A DNA stretch of 63,279 nucleotides, the filler included, from Octopus bimaculoides (Eukaryota), in the NCBI RefSeq assembly GCF_001194135.2. It is 4 parts of 4 records of this genome, joined end to end, with 100 filler letters (N's around TTAATTAATTAA, not from the genome) between each part and the next. Parts side by side here need not be neighbours in the genome. Positions count along the whole stretch, not along the records: positions 1 to 20,576 come from NC_069008.1; positions 20,677 to 41,947 come from NC_068994.1; 2 more parts are not named here. The stretch is one strand, 5' to 3'. Within the stretch, counting starts at the first letter, position 1. Each line of letters begins with the position of its first letter. The notes under the pieces are model-generated. The model ran no database searches, had not been told where the DNA came from, and saw nothing but the letters and a program-made list of their open reading frames with translations. Positions 11,777-24,349 of this stretch are shown here, piece by piece. The position numbers and the translations under genes were made by a program.

Positions 11777-12201
11777 AGCAATAATAATAATATTAGGGAC
11801 AAAATCCANNNNNNNNNNNNNNNNNNNNNNNNNNNNNNNNNNNNNNNNNNNNNNNNNNNNNNNNNNNNNNNNNNNNNNNNNNNNNNNNNNNNNNNNNNNN
11901 NNNNNNNNNNNNNNNNNNNNNNNNNNNNNNNNNNNNNNNNNNNNNNNNNNNNNNNNNNNNNNNNNNNNNNNNNNNNNNNNNNNNNNNNNNNNNNNNNNNN
12001 NNNNNNNNNNNNNNNNNNNNNNNNNNNNNNNNNNNNNNNNNNNNNNNNNNNNNNNNNNNNNNNNNNNNNNNNNNNNNNNNNNNNNNNNNNNNNNNNNNNN
12101 NNNNNNNNNNNNNNNNNNNNNNNNNNNNNNNNNNNNNNNNNNNNNNNNNNNNNNNNNNNNNNNNNNNNNNNNNNNNNNNNNNNNNNNNNNNNNNNNNNNN
12201 N

Positions 12202-12246
<45 letters not shown>

Positions 12247-12324
12247 ATATATATGTATATATATTTCTTTACACGGCTGTGCTCAGCTATCTGCATCACA
12301 TGACCATGCCAGCGCCAGGTTTGG

Positions 12325-12575
12325 GGAGTGAGTGGGAGAGATAGTGTTGTTAGGACGGTGTTATAGTACTGTTGTGAGGTGTTGTGGAGTGTTGCAGATG
12401 TGTGTGGAGTGAGAGGGAGAGATAGTCTTTTGTAGGAAGGTGTTGTGGGGTGTTGTAGGTGTGTGTGGAGGGAGTGAGCGGGGGCGAAAGTGTTGCTAGG
12501 ATAGTGTTGTAGTAGTGTTGTAGTAGTGTTGTGAGGTGTTGTTGATGTGTGTGGAGTGAGTGGTGGAGACAGGAC
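12325..12575. repeat. Degenerate ~70-85 bp GT-rich minisatellite (3-4 units)
   Basis: Recurring gagatagtgttg...aggtgttgtgg...tgtgtgtggag.gag units. Confidence 0.6.
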
Positions 12576-12923
12576 TGTCAGGACATTACAACAGGTTTAA
12601 CACTGCTGAAGAAATGAGAATCTATTTTGCGTCACTAGATCTGCTAAAAGCCACAGCCAAACCTCCTCGAAACCTCTTATAGACATGTGGAGGAATTTCA
12701 AAAGCTGATCTAATTTTGAATCTAGCGCTGCAATACCAAGGAATGCCAGACTCTTGGTATTTACGCACAGAATATTCTTGACTACGTCAGACAGGACGTA
12801 TATAGTATCATTGCCACGTGTCTGTGTGTATATATGCATATGTGTCGATGGGACTGAGATATATCTAACTACGCACGTTTATATACTCACACATACACAC
12901 ATACACGAGTGTATATATATATG

Positions 12924-12993
<70 letters not shown>

Positions 12994-13113
12994 CATATAT
13001 ATATATATATGTATGTGTATGTATATATAACTGTATGGGTTTGTGTATGTGTGTGTGTGTCTGTGTGTGTACGTATCCAAGCTACCATATGGCTTACATC
13101 ACAATATAAATAC

Positions 13114-13162
<49 letters not shown>

Positions 13163-13338
13163 TGCTCACACTTGTATATATGTATATGTAACCATACACA
13201 TCTTGTTTTACAATTGATATATATATATATATATATATNNNNNNNNNNNNNNNNNNNNNNNNNNNNNNNNNNNNNNNNNNNNNNNNNNNNNNNNNNNNNN
13301 NNNNNNNNNNNNNNNNNNNNNNNNNNNNNNNNNNNNNN

Positions 13339-13580
13339 CCTCCAACCGCGAGTCCACTGCCCTAACCACTGGGCTATTGCGCCTCCACTCTCCACAAATA
13401 AGTTCTTCCAATTTGTTTAGGGTACCTAACAATTAGTGGAGGTGCATGGCTTAGTGGTTAGGCTGTTGGACTCATAATCGTAAGATTGTGCTTTCAATTC
13501 CTGGACCGGGTGATGTATCATGTTCTTGAGCAAGACTCTTCATTTCACGTTGGTCCAGTCCAGGTCACTCAGCTGCTAAA
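13339..13580. mobile_element. Two tRNA-headed SINEs in divergent orientation
   Basis: Minus head gtggaggcgcaatagcccagtggttagggc (13339-13388) and plus head gtggaggtgcatggcttagtggttagg (from 13436), followed by CORE-like tgttcttgagcaagac.cttcatttcac. Confidence 0.75.
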
Positions 13581-13779
13581 TAAACAAACCAACATCCTGT
13601 CCAGAGAAACCAGGAAGTCAGAGTAATGTGGGTCTATCCGTCCTAACAATTAACATCATAACACGTTGGTGATCAATTAAAAAATGTAGTAATTATTTTC
13701 TTGGAATTAATTAGACGAAAAAGTAGTGCTAATTGGACTCTGATGAATTCTGAGAACTGTTGGTATATGTGATATCACT

Positions 13780-14010
13780 GTCTCTCTTTATGTTCTGAGT
13801 TCAAATTCTGCCGAGGTCGATTTTGCCTTTCATCCTTTCAGGGTTGATAAATTAAGTACCAGTTATGTACTGGGGTTGATCTAATTGACTAGCCCCCCCC
13901 CCCAAAATTTCGGGCCTTGTGCATAGAGTGGAAGAGAATATGTGATATTATCATGTCTTTATGTTCTGAGTTCAAATTCTACCAAGGTCGACTTGGCCTT
14001 TTATCCTTTC
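13780..14010 (+). mobile_element. Second SINE family: one copy plus a tandem partial copy
   Basis: ttatgttctgagttcaaattct.cc.aggtcga.tt.gcctt occurs twice (about 13788 and about 13958). Confidence 0.8.
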
Positions 14011-14853
14011 CTACAGAGGTCCCTAACCCTAACCTACACCACCACCACCACCACCACTACCATCACTACCGCCACAACCTCCACAACCACCCACCACCAC
14101 TGCCGACAACAACAGCATCAATGCAGACCACATTCCATCAGCTGATTAGTGGCTGCACAATGCTACCACCACCACTACCACCACCACCACCAACACCAAA
14201 AACAATACCACCAACGCCTGCAGAAATAGATGCATCATCGCATCAATTCCCTGCAAAAATCACATTGGCTGCATGTCTAAATATAGCTTTACTGCTGTAT
14301 TTGTGCCATCAGCTGATGCAATTTGGCAGTGCAGCAACAGCAACAACAGCAGCAGCAGTAGTAGTAGTAGTTATCACAGCTGCAGTAATTCCAGTCTTAT
14401 GATACACACTGATGCAAGGAATAATGTGCATTATGTTGCAGCAGCTGTCATAGTGATGTCATTTCTGTATGCAGGGATGCATGTGCGTATGTGTGTGTGC
14501 GTCTGTATGCATCTGGTGCAGTCGTCACCCACAACTGCATGCCACGCTATGTTCCTGTCTGTGTCTCGCGCGGTGCAGTCATGATACCACGGCTGCTATT
14601 TCTACCCTGCTGCAACTCTGCAATCGCATCTGTGACGTCATCTCCAGGCTCCGTTGCACGACTGTGCGTTGTTGTTGGGTGTGGCTGCGTGTTTCGTTTG
14701 AAGCTGGTGCATGCAGTGTGATGTAACACAGTGTGACGCATGCACAGTTAACTGCAATGTGACGCCTGATCTCTTTTGTGGATGCTACGGATGTGATGTC
14801 ACACCGTGTCTCTGCTCCAGTTACATAGTAGGAACACACACACACACGAACAC

Positions 14854-14895
<42 letters not shown>

Positions 14896-15994
14896 NNNNN
14901 NNNNNNNNNNNNNNNNNNNNNNNNNNNNNNNNNNNNNNNNNNNNNNNNNNNNNNNNNNNNNNNNNNNNNNNNNNNNNNNNNNNNNNNNNNNNNNNNNNNN
15001 NNNNNNNNNNNNNNNNNNNNNNNNNNNNNNNNNNNNNNNNNNNNNNNNNNNNNNNNNNNNNNNNNNNNNNNNNNNNNNNNNNNNNNNNNNNNNNNNNNNN
15101 NNNNNNNNNNNNNNNNNNNNNNNNNNNNNNNNNNNNNNNNNNNNNNNNNNNNNNNNNNNNNNNNNNNNNNNNNNNNNNNNNNNNNNNNNNNNNNNNNNNN
15201 NNNNNNNNNNNNNNNNNNNNNNNNNNNNNNNNNNNNNNNNNNNNNNNNNNNNNNNNNNNNNNNNNNNNNNNNNNNNNNNNNNNNNNNNNNNNNNNNNNNN
15301 NNNNNNNNNNNNNNNNNNNNNNNNNNNNNNNNNNNNNNNNNNNNNNNNNNNNNNNNNNNNNNNNNNNNNNNNNNNNNNNNNNNNNNNNNNNNNNNNNNNN
15401 NNNNNNNNNNNNNNNNNNNNNNNNNNNNNNNNNNNNNNNNNNNNNNNNNNNNNNNNNNNNNNNNNNNNNNNNNNNNNNNNNNNNNNNNNNNNNNNNNNNN
15501 NNNNNNNNNNNNNNNNNNNNNNNNNNNNNNNNNNNNNNNNNNNNNNNNNNNNNNNNNNNNNNNNNNNNNNNNNNNNNNNNNNNNNNNNNNNNNNNNNNNN
15601 NNNNNNNNNNNNNNNNNNNNNNNNNNNNNNNNNNNNNNNNNNNNNNNNNNNNNNNNNNNNNNNNNNNNNNNNNNNNNNNNNNNNNNNNNNNNNNNNNNNN
15701 NNNNNNNNNNNNNNNNNNNNNNNNNNNNNNNNNNNNNNNNNNNNNNNNNNNNNNNNNNNNNNNNNNNNNNNNNNNNNNNNNNNNNNNNNNNNNNNNNNNN
15801 NNNNNNNNNNNNNNNNNNNNNNNNNNNNNNNNNNNNNNNNNNNNNNNNNNNNNNNNNNNNNNNNNNNNNNNNNNNNNNNNNNNNNNNNNNNNNGGTGTTG
15901 CCATCCGGTTTCACCAGTCCTCAGTCAAATCGTCCAACCCATGCTAGCATGGAAAGCGGACGTTAAACGATGATGATGATGATGATGATATATA

Positions 15995-16215
15995 TACTCT
16001 TTTACTCTTTTTCTTGTTTCAGTCATTTGACTGCGGCCATGCTGGAGCATTGTCTTTTTAGTCGGACAAATCGACCCCAAGACTTATTCTTTGGAAGCCT
16101 AGTACTTATTCTATCGTACTCTTTTGCCGAACCGCTAAGTTACGGGGACGTAAACACACCAGCATCGGTTGTCAAGCGATGTTGGTGGGGACAAACACAG
16201 ACACACAAACACACA
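15995..16215 (-). mobile_element. 3' half of the bipartite SINE
   Basis: Near-identical to 7515-7720. Confidence 0.85.
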
Positions 16216-17011
16216 CCCATGCAGTTTATTTACAGGAAACAGAATGAGTCTATCCCCACCCTGGGCCATGGTAGTTAAGGGGTGAATAACGCCCAAGGGT
16301 GTGATTAAGTGGTGAATGAACTAGCAACACTGGGTAAGCCAATCCTGGGGGTGAATAACTTTGAACCAAGTGACCCTAGGGTAAATGAACTCACCTGACC
16401 TGACCTGACCTGACCTCTGACCCAGCTTCTTCAGCATCAGGGTGTAGTAGTCCAGGAGTGTCACCACCCCCTTTCTAGAGAAGCAAGATGGGGTGGGTGT
16501 GTGGGTCTCTGCTTTTGCTTGGGGACAGGATAGGATAGCAGTGATTATAATGAGGATGGGTGATAATGAAGATGACGACGATGATGATGATGAGGAGGAG
16601 GAGGATGGTGGTGATGATGATAAAGATGATGATGATGGTGATGGCAATGATTATGGTGGTGGTGATGATGATGAGGAGGAGGAATAGAGTGATGAGGATG
16701 GTGATGATGCTGATGTTGTTTAGGATGACGGTGGGTGATGCTGGTTCCTGGTGTTCCCCATCCTTAGTGCAGAAGCTGAATCAGCAACAGAACCTATGCG
16801 AACAGCAGAACAGCAGCCGACAATTGTTATTGCATGACGTTACAGCACACACACACACACACACGCAATGTCTTCATCACCACCACCACCACTACCGGTA
16901 GTGTACCATTACTGCTTCTATTTTCATCATCATCGTCATCATCGCTGTCGTCATCGTCATCATTATCATCACCACCACCATCATACAACCATCATCGTCA
17001 TCTTCATCAGC

Positions 17012-17490
17012 ATCATAGGTCTACTGGATCAGAGCTGACCCGGGGCTAAACAACAACAACAACAACAACAAGGAAGGGCACATTAGATAATGTAGTCCCA
17101 GATAGACAATGTCTAAATGAAAGATAGGATGATCATGTCTTAGAACGTCTTTGATCAGAGGTCTGATGGATCAGGTCTCACCTGGGGCTAAACGACACCA
17201 ACATTATTAACTAAGAAAGACACATTAGATAATGTTGTCCTAGATACACTTATGTCTCAATAAAAGATGGGATGGTCACCGTTGGAACATCTTTGATCAT
17301 AGGCTTACTGGATCAGGTCTGACCCGGGGTTAAAAGACACCAGCATTATTAACTAAGAAGGACACATTAGGTAATGTAGTCCTAGATACACTATGCCTGA
17401 ATAAACGATGGGATGGTCGTGGCTGGAACATCTCTGATCATAGGTCTACTGGACCAAGACTGACCCAGGGCTAAACAGCAGCAACAGCAG
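17012..17490 (+). repeat. Tandem array of ~142-bp units (about 3.3 copies)
   Basis: cacattag.taatgt recurs at 17079, 17221 and 17363. Each unit ends gacc.gggg.taaa plus an AAC-rich linker. Confidence 0.85.
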
Positions 17491-18420
17491 CTTTGATGGT
17501 GACACATGCGTTACTCATACACAGGTGTGTTATTCACCCTCAGGTGTGTTACTAACACTCAGCGGNNNNNNNNNNNNNNNNNNNNNNNNNNNNNNNNNNN
17601 NNNNNNNNNNNNNNNNNNNNNNNNNNNNNNNNNNNNNNNNNNNNNNNNNNNNNNNNNNNNNNNNNNNNNNNNNNNNNNNNNNNNNNNNNNNNNNNNNNNN
17701 NNNNNNNNNNNNNNNNNNNNNNNNNNNNNNNNNNNNNNNNNNNNNNNNNNNNNNNNNNNNNNNNNNNNNNNNNNNNNNNNNNNNNNNNNNNNNNNNNNNN
17801 NNNNNNNNNNNNNNNNNNNNNNNNNNNNNNNNNNNNNNNNCCATCACGTTGCTCCAGTCCACTCGGCTGGCGAAGAAGGTGATTTCTCTTGCAAGTGACT
17901 GGAGTCCCATCCAGGGGCCATCATAAGAGTAAAAGGTAAAGATCCGCTTCAGCCATGAATGACCATGGAATTGAACCTAGAAAGCTCCCCTCCGAGGCCA
18001 CACACACACACATATATATATATACACATATATATATGTATATATATACATATATGTGTATATGTATATTATATATATATATATACACATATATATATAG
18101 ATAGATGTATATATATATATATATATATATCTCATCATTATCATCATCGTCGTCGTCGTCGTTTAACGTCTGCTTTCCATGCTGGCATGGGTTGGACGGT
18201 TGGACTGAGGACTGGCAAGCCAGGAGGTTGCACGAGGCTCCAATCTGATCTGCCAAGGTTTCTACAGCTGGATGCCCTTCCTAACGCCAACCACTCCGAG
18301 AGTGTAGAGGGTGCTTTTTACGTGTCACTGGCACGGGAGCCAGTCAGGTGCCACTGGCATCAACCATGCTTGTATGATGCTTTTTATGTGCCACCAGCAC
18401 AGGACCCATATATATATAGT

Positions 18421-18459
<39 letters not shown>

Positions 18460-18787
18460 CTGTGTGTGTNNNNNNNNNNNNNNNNNNNNNNNNNNNNNNN
18501 NNNNNNNNNNNNNNNNNNNNNNNNNNNNNNNNNNNNNNNNNNNNNNNNNNNNNNNNNNNNNNNNNNNNNNNNNNNNNNNNNNNNNNNNNNNNNNNNNNAC
18601 ACACACACACACACACGCATGCTTGTGTGAATAAAACACTCACACTTACACAGACACACACACACGCCCGCCCGCACCCGAGGCTGTGTGGCACAGAAAG
18701 AAGGGCGACCGTCAAATGAGGTCAGGTTCTTTCGTTTGAAATATTGATAAACTTATCTTCTCTGTTCTTCTCAGACCCATTTAGTTA

Positions 18788-18789
<2 letters not shown>

Positions 18790-18826
<37 letters not shown>

Positions 18827-18951
18827 ATCTAACTATCTATCTATCTGTCTGTCTGTCTGTCTGTCCTCTCTAGTCTCTCTATCTATCTCTCTCTCTCTCT
18901 CTCTGTCTATCTCTCTCTCTCTCTCTCTCTCTCTGTCTGTCTATCTGTCTA

Positions 18952-18986
<35 letters not shown>

Positions 18987-19107
18987 GTCTATCTCTCTCT
19001 CTCTATCTCTATCTATCTGTTTCTCTGTCTGTCTGTCTATCTATCTGTCTATCTCTCTCTCTCTCTGTCTATCTATCTATCTATCTGTTTCTCTGTCTGT
19101 CTGTCTA

Positions 19108-19163
<56 letters not shown>

Positions 19164-19246
19164 TCTCTGTCTCTATCTATCTATCTATCTATCTATCTGT
19201 TTCTCTGTCTGTCTGTCTGTCTATCTATCCATCCATTCATCTACCT
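18790..19246. repeat. (CT)n/(CTAT)n/(CTGT)n compound microsatellite
   Basis: Directly visible. Confidence 0.95.
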
Positions 19247-20019
19247 NNNNNNNNNNNNNNNNNNNNNNNNNNNNNNNNNNNNNNNNNNNNNNNNNNNNNN
19301 NNNNNNNNNNNNNNNNNNNNNNNNNNNNNNNNNNNNNNNNNNNNNNNNNNNNNNNNNNNNNNNNNNNNNNNNNNNNNNNNNNNNNNNNNNNNNNNNNNNN
19401 NNNNNNNNNNNNNNNNNNNNNNNNNNNNNNNNNNNNNNNNNNNNNNNNNNNNNNNNNNNNNNNNNNNNNNNNNNNNNNNNNNNNNNNNNNNNNNNNNNNN
19501 NNNNNNNNNNNNNNNNNNNNNNNNNNNNNNNNNNNNNNNNNNNNNNNNNNNNNNNNNNNNNNNNNNNNNNNNNNNNNNNNNNNNNNNNNNNNNNNNNNNN
19601 NNNNNNNNNNNNGCTATGACCACCACCACCACCACCACCGCCGCCGCTGCTGCTGCTACTACTAATACTATCACCACCACCATCACCAACAGCACCAGCA
19701 AGTGTTTTTCATTTCTTCTTTTCTCAAAAAACTGCAGAAAGTGAAACAAGGAGGGAGATTTAGCTGCCATTTCTAGCAGACAGAACGACTGCATAGGGCA
19801 TCCTCAGACGAGCTCAAGGTGTTGTTGTTGTTGTTGTTGCTGTTCTGTGTTTCCTATGGAGGAATCTATTGCAAGGGATGGAACAGATCCCCTTTGTAAA
19901 TCCTGATCCAGCAGACAAAGAATTAGCAGAGTTCCAACCATGACCATCCTATTGGTGTATACGGCCGTGTTGCACTCAATATATACGTTTAAGTGTGTGC
20001 GTGTGTGCGGGTATATATA

Positions 20020-20249
20020 TTTCTTTTGTTTTCTTATTCTTTTATTTGTCTCGGTCATTTGACTGTGGCCATGCTGGAGCACCGTATTTTTAGTCTTACA
20101 AATCGACCCCAGGACTTATTCTTTGTAAGCCTAGTACTTATTTTATCAGTCTCTTTTGCCGAACCGCTAAGTTACGGGGGACGTAAACACACCAGCATCA
20201 GTTATCAAGCGATGGTTGGGGGGGGACAAACACAGACACACAAACATAT

Positions 20250-20303
<54 letters not shown>

Positions 20304-20470
20304 ATATGTTTGTGTATATATACACACATATATACGACGGGCTTCTTTCGGTTTCCATCTACCAAATCCATTCCCAAGGCTTTGGTCGGCCCAAGTCACT
20401 TGCGAAAGGTACCACGCAGTGGGACTGAACCCAGAACTATGTTGTTGGGAAGCAAACTTCTTACCACACA
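20020..20470 (-). mobile_element. Full-length bipartite tRNA/CORE-type SINE with expanded internal (TA)n
   Basis: Same architecture as 7515-7910. Confidence 0.9.
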
Positions 20471-20490
20471 TACACTCCTCCACCTATATA

Positions 20491-20546
<56 letters not shown>

Positions 20547-20576
20547 TAATTAAGGGATCAGCAAACATTTGCTTCA

Positions 20577-20676
20577 NNNNNNNNNNNNNNNNNNNNNNNN
20601 NNNNNNNNNNNNNNNNNNNNTTAATTAATTAANNNNNNNNNNNNNNNNNNNNNNNNNNNNNNNNNNNNNNNNNNNN
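20577..20676. other. Artificial scaffold-join spacer
   Basis: Exactly 44 N + TTAATTAATTAA (stops in all six frames) + 44 N. Confidence 0.95.
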
Positions 20677-20724
<48 letters not shown>

Positions 20725-21840
20725 TCTCATCTTTATAGATATAGATAATTATACATGCACAAATATACACATATCCATACACATATTTGCATAGAAACAA
20801 GTAAAAGAAGTACAATTTTAAAAAAGCTTTAATTAAAAGGAAATAAAACATGAAAGGTCACTGGTTAGGTTGGGTATTCTCTTTTTAAGTTTCGTGTAAT
20901 GTCTTACTTTTAATTTCACTGCTAGTCTATCTTCTCCATACTTTTACTGTTTTGAATTAACTAATTGTGTATCATTCTGTCTGTGGCATTACAGATGCTT
21001 TTTTCTGTTAACTATATGTTTGGTTTCAAATGAGTTGTGAATCCTAATTCAGCTTCATCTTCTTTATTTTCTTTATTATTTTCCTGAGGTAAATGATGTA
21101 TAGTTGCCATTTTAAAGAAACTGTTCCTCCACACTTATTTCCATTGTTTTATGTTTATTCTTCCTTTTTGTGATTTTTATCCCTGTTTTTCTTCCTTCCA
21201 TTTTTTTTTTTAGTTGTTTATAGGTTTTTGCTTGCAATTATTATTTCTGCTTCATTGCATGATGATGATGTGTTGGAACTATTTGAAGACAGGGTGTTTG
21301 CTCATCAGTTTCTAATACTGAGCATAAAGGTATTTCACTTGCTGTCCCTATAGTTTTGGTTGGAGGTTCTGTAGAAACTGGGTTTTGTGGTTCTTTTTGC
21401 TCTCACTGCTGATTTCTATTTAGTTTTTTGTCTGCTTAGTCTTTCCAAGTTTTCAAGCATTCAACTTTCAAGTAACAAATATAGCAACTAAGTATTTTGT
21501 CTTGCATCATTAATCTCATTCCCTTTGTTTTAGTGCCTTCTACTGGGTATAGTATGGCTTTGTGGCCTTTGGAGTCATTAAGACTTGCAAATACATTTTG
21601 ACTCCCATTGACTACATGTCATCTTTTGTTAGCTATTTAAAAAAAAAAAAATCCATACTCTGATACAAAAGTGATGACTATCCATGAATTTACACTGTTT
21701 CCGGTATCTTTTATTGTTGCTCTCATATTTTGTTAACTCATGCACTAGTGTACAAATGTATAGTCAGAGGTATATCTAACAATTTCAGCCTGTGTTGGGA
21801 TTGAGTCTTCAGTTTTGAAGGTACAACAGATAATAATATA

Positions 21841-22090
21841 TACATTATTTACATTATTTACATTTGACGGATATTTGTCCTCATCTTGTTTGTTGTTATC
21901 ACAACGTTTCGGCTGATATACTCTCCAGCTTGCATCAGGTGTCTTGGAGAAATTTCAAACCTGGGTTCTCATTCCTAAGGTATTTTTCGATGCTATTATT
22001 ATTATTATTATTATTCAGGTCACTACTTGGAATCGAACTCGGAATCTTGGGGTTAGTAGCCCACGCTCTTAACCACTACACCATATGCCC
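21841..22090 (-). mobile_element. tRNA-headed short element with a Penelope-like hammerhead-containing tail
   Basis: Minus strand: GGGCATA-TGGTGTAGTGG (A box)...GAGTTCGATTCC (B box), (AAT)n, then gacacCTGATGcaagctg...cagccGAAACGTTgtg, ending aaatgtaaataatgtaaataatgta. Confidence 0.75.
21898..21943 (-). ncRNA. Minimal type I hammerhead ribozyme-like motif (one core substitution)
   Basis: GACAC-CUGAUGC-AA-GCUG-loop-CAGC-C-GAAAC-GUU-GUGAU. Stem I pairs CAC/GUG, stem II pairs GCUG/CAGC, and a palindromic AACGUU replaces helix III. A9 reads C in this copy. Confidence 0.6.
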
Positions 22091-23404
22091 AAACATGACG
22101 AAGACAAATATCTGTCAAATGTAAATAATGTACATAATTCCTCATAATATAGATAGTACTATAACTTTTGCTCAACCCTACCCATTTTGGCAGTCTGCCT
22201 CCCCATCCCCATGTCTCCTTCTCATACAATCTTGCAAACTGCCTACCCACATACCCATCTACTTCTCCTCACCTTATGCTTTTGGTTCCACCTGAGAACA
22301 TCATTACCATTATCGATCTCTTACATATCCTACTGATTATTTTCTCTTTCACCCCTTCCCTATGTGAGAAGCCATGCAAATTTGCTTTAAAAACTGCTCT
22401 GATATCCCCTCTTTATAGTTTAATCTTCCTGTCCCCTGGTATGAAACTAACCCCCTCACCTCCTCCAAGATTTGTAGTCCTATGAGCTGCATCTCAATCT
22501 CAATAGTGCAAGTGGTATGAAAAAAGCATCCAATACATGCTGTAAAGTGGTTGGCATTAGGAAGAGCATCTAACCATAGATACCTTACCAAAGCAGGCAT
22601 TGGAACATAATGTAGACCTTGAACTCATAGGATTCTGTCAAAGCATCCAGTTTAGCATGGAACATGAACATTAAATAATGATGATGATGATGATGGTAAT
22701 AATGATAATGATAACTTCTTCCAGTATGTTCCAGAGAATATGTATTACTACATCTGAGTGAAGATTTAGTCTTCCTCTATGCTTTTGTAAGCTTAAATTT
22801 TCTTTGCCCTTTCCTGGATTAGCTGCTTGGTTTTACAAAATTTTTTCTCTAACCTACATTTGTTTTCTTATAACTGTGATAGGTCTTAAAATTCTGTTTG
22901 TTCAGTTTGTGTTAAGGAAAGGTGTACTTTAACATAATTATTACTGTATGAAAGGACCACAGTGTGTGTTTGACTTTGTGTAAGAGATGCCACTGCTATT
23001 ATTGTTACTACTTGCAATCTTCAAAACTTATTATTTAAGTGTTTGGAGTATTTTTCTTTTCGCTATGCTGTTTATTTTCTCTTTCTTTTTCTACATTTAT
23101 TTGTGTTTTGATTTTGTGGGGTGCTTTTTCAGACTAGTAGCATAAATATGCTTGGTTGTTATTCTGGATGTGAAAATTTAATGTAAATAAAATTCTAAAA
23201 GTTTGTAAAATAACCCCTTTTTTGTTGTCTACTCCTAGGGTGTTGAGGGCACACCTCCTTAGATTATAGTTCTTTTTACAGGTACTCCAATAAAAATTTC
23301 ATTTTGTAATACTTGAATAAATTGTTTTGAAGAAAGAAAAAAAAATTTTCATACAAGAGTCAAATACAGCAGCAGCAGTAGTAGTAGTAGTAGTACTTTC
23401 TATT

Positions 23405-23560
23405 ATAGGCACAAGGCCAGAAATTTTGTGGGAAGGGCATAGTCAATTGTATTGTCCCCAATACTCAACTGTACTTATTTTATCAACTCCCAAAGGAGGA
23501 AAGGCAAAGTCGACCTCAGTGGAATTTGAACTCAGAACATGGAGATGGACGAAATACCAC
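23405..23560 (-). mobile_element. Second SINE family copy
   Basis: ggaaaggcaaagtcgacctcagtggaatttgaactcagaac is the reverse complement of the family core. Confidence 0.8.
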
Positions 23561-24349
23561 TTAGACACAAATGAAATTTAAATATTGCAGTGAAACTAAC
23601 ATTTTTTTTTTGTGTGTGTGTTCTTGAATGGCTTACTCTGCACTTGGTTTTGTTAATACCATTATGCAGAAGACAGAATCGAAAAAATTTTGTGCACAAA
23701 TTTTTGTTTTCATCTTTGTTGATAGCATAGATAATTTTTCCTCTGAAATGCCACCTTTGGCCTCGAGGGCGCATTGGTCAGCCCAAGGCTATAGTTGAAG
23801 ACACTTTCTCAAGGTGCCATGCAGTGGGACTGAACCCAGAAATGTGTGTGTGGGAAGCATATCCGTTTTCCTGAAAGTTATAAGGGAAAAAATCAGATCA
23901 TGTGAATTTTTCTGGTCCTTTCTCCCGCCCCCACCCCTATTCGTCAGCATGCATTTTTTTCTTCATATTCATTTACTATACGTTGTTTTACACCTATTAC
24001 ACTATTTTGTTTTCATTCTTGTGACCAGGTGTTAACATTGAGTTTTCGGATCCTGTGAGTTTGATTTTGTGAATTTTCCAAGTCCTCTCCTCACACCCCT
24101 GTTTGCCAGCGTACATTTTTTCATAATCATTTAGTACACATTATTTTACATCTATCACACTTTTTGTTTTTTGGTGGCCGGGTGTCAAAGTCAGGTTACT
24201 GGATTGGGTGAATTTTCCAAGTCCTCACCCTCCCCCATCACAAAAGGAAAAAAAAAAGTGTAATAGGGGTAAAATAGTGTGTAGTAAACGAATATGAAGA
24301 AAGAAAATTGCGCCAACGAATGAGGGAGTGGTGAGAGGAAAATTTTACA

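Noticed and set aside
12597-12800. RT-like fragment RIYFASLDLLKA
   Set aside because: There is only a faint resemblance to the LINE F.DL.KAFD motif; too decayed to call.
14630-14810. Cluster of TGACG/CRE-like motifs
   Set aside because: It lies in TG/CA-rich low-complexity sequence where such words arise easily.
17012-17490. CRISPR-like array
   Set aside because: Units are wholly homologous with no unique spacers, and the DNA is eukaryotic with no cas genes.
22020-22090. Functional tRNA gene
   Set aside because: A and B boxes are present, but the acceptor and T stems do not pair properly and it continues into a repeat body; it is a SINE head.
22170-22480. Possible RTE LINE remnant on the minus strand (VMMFSGG...)
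   Set aside because: Similarity is too weak to support without alignment.
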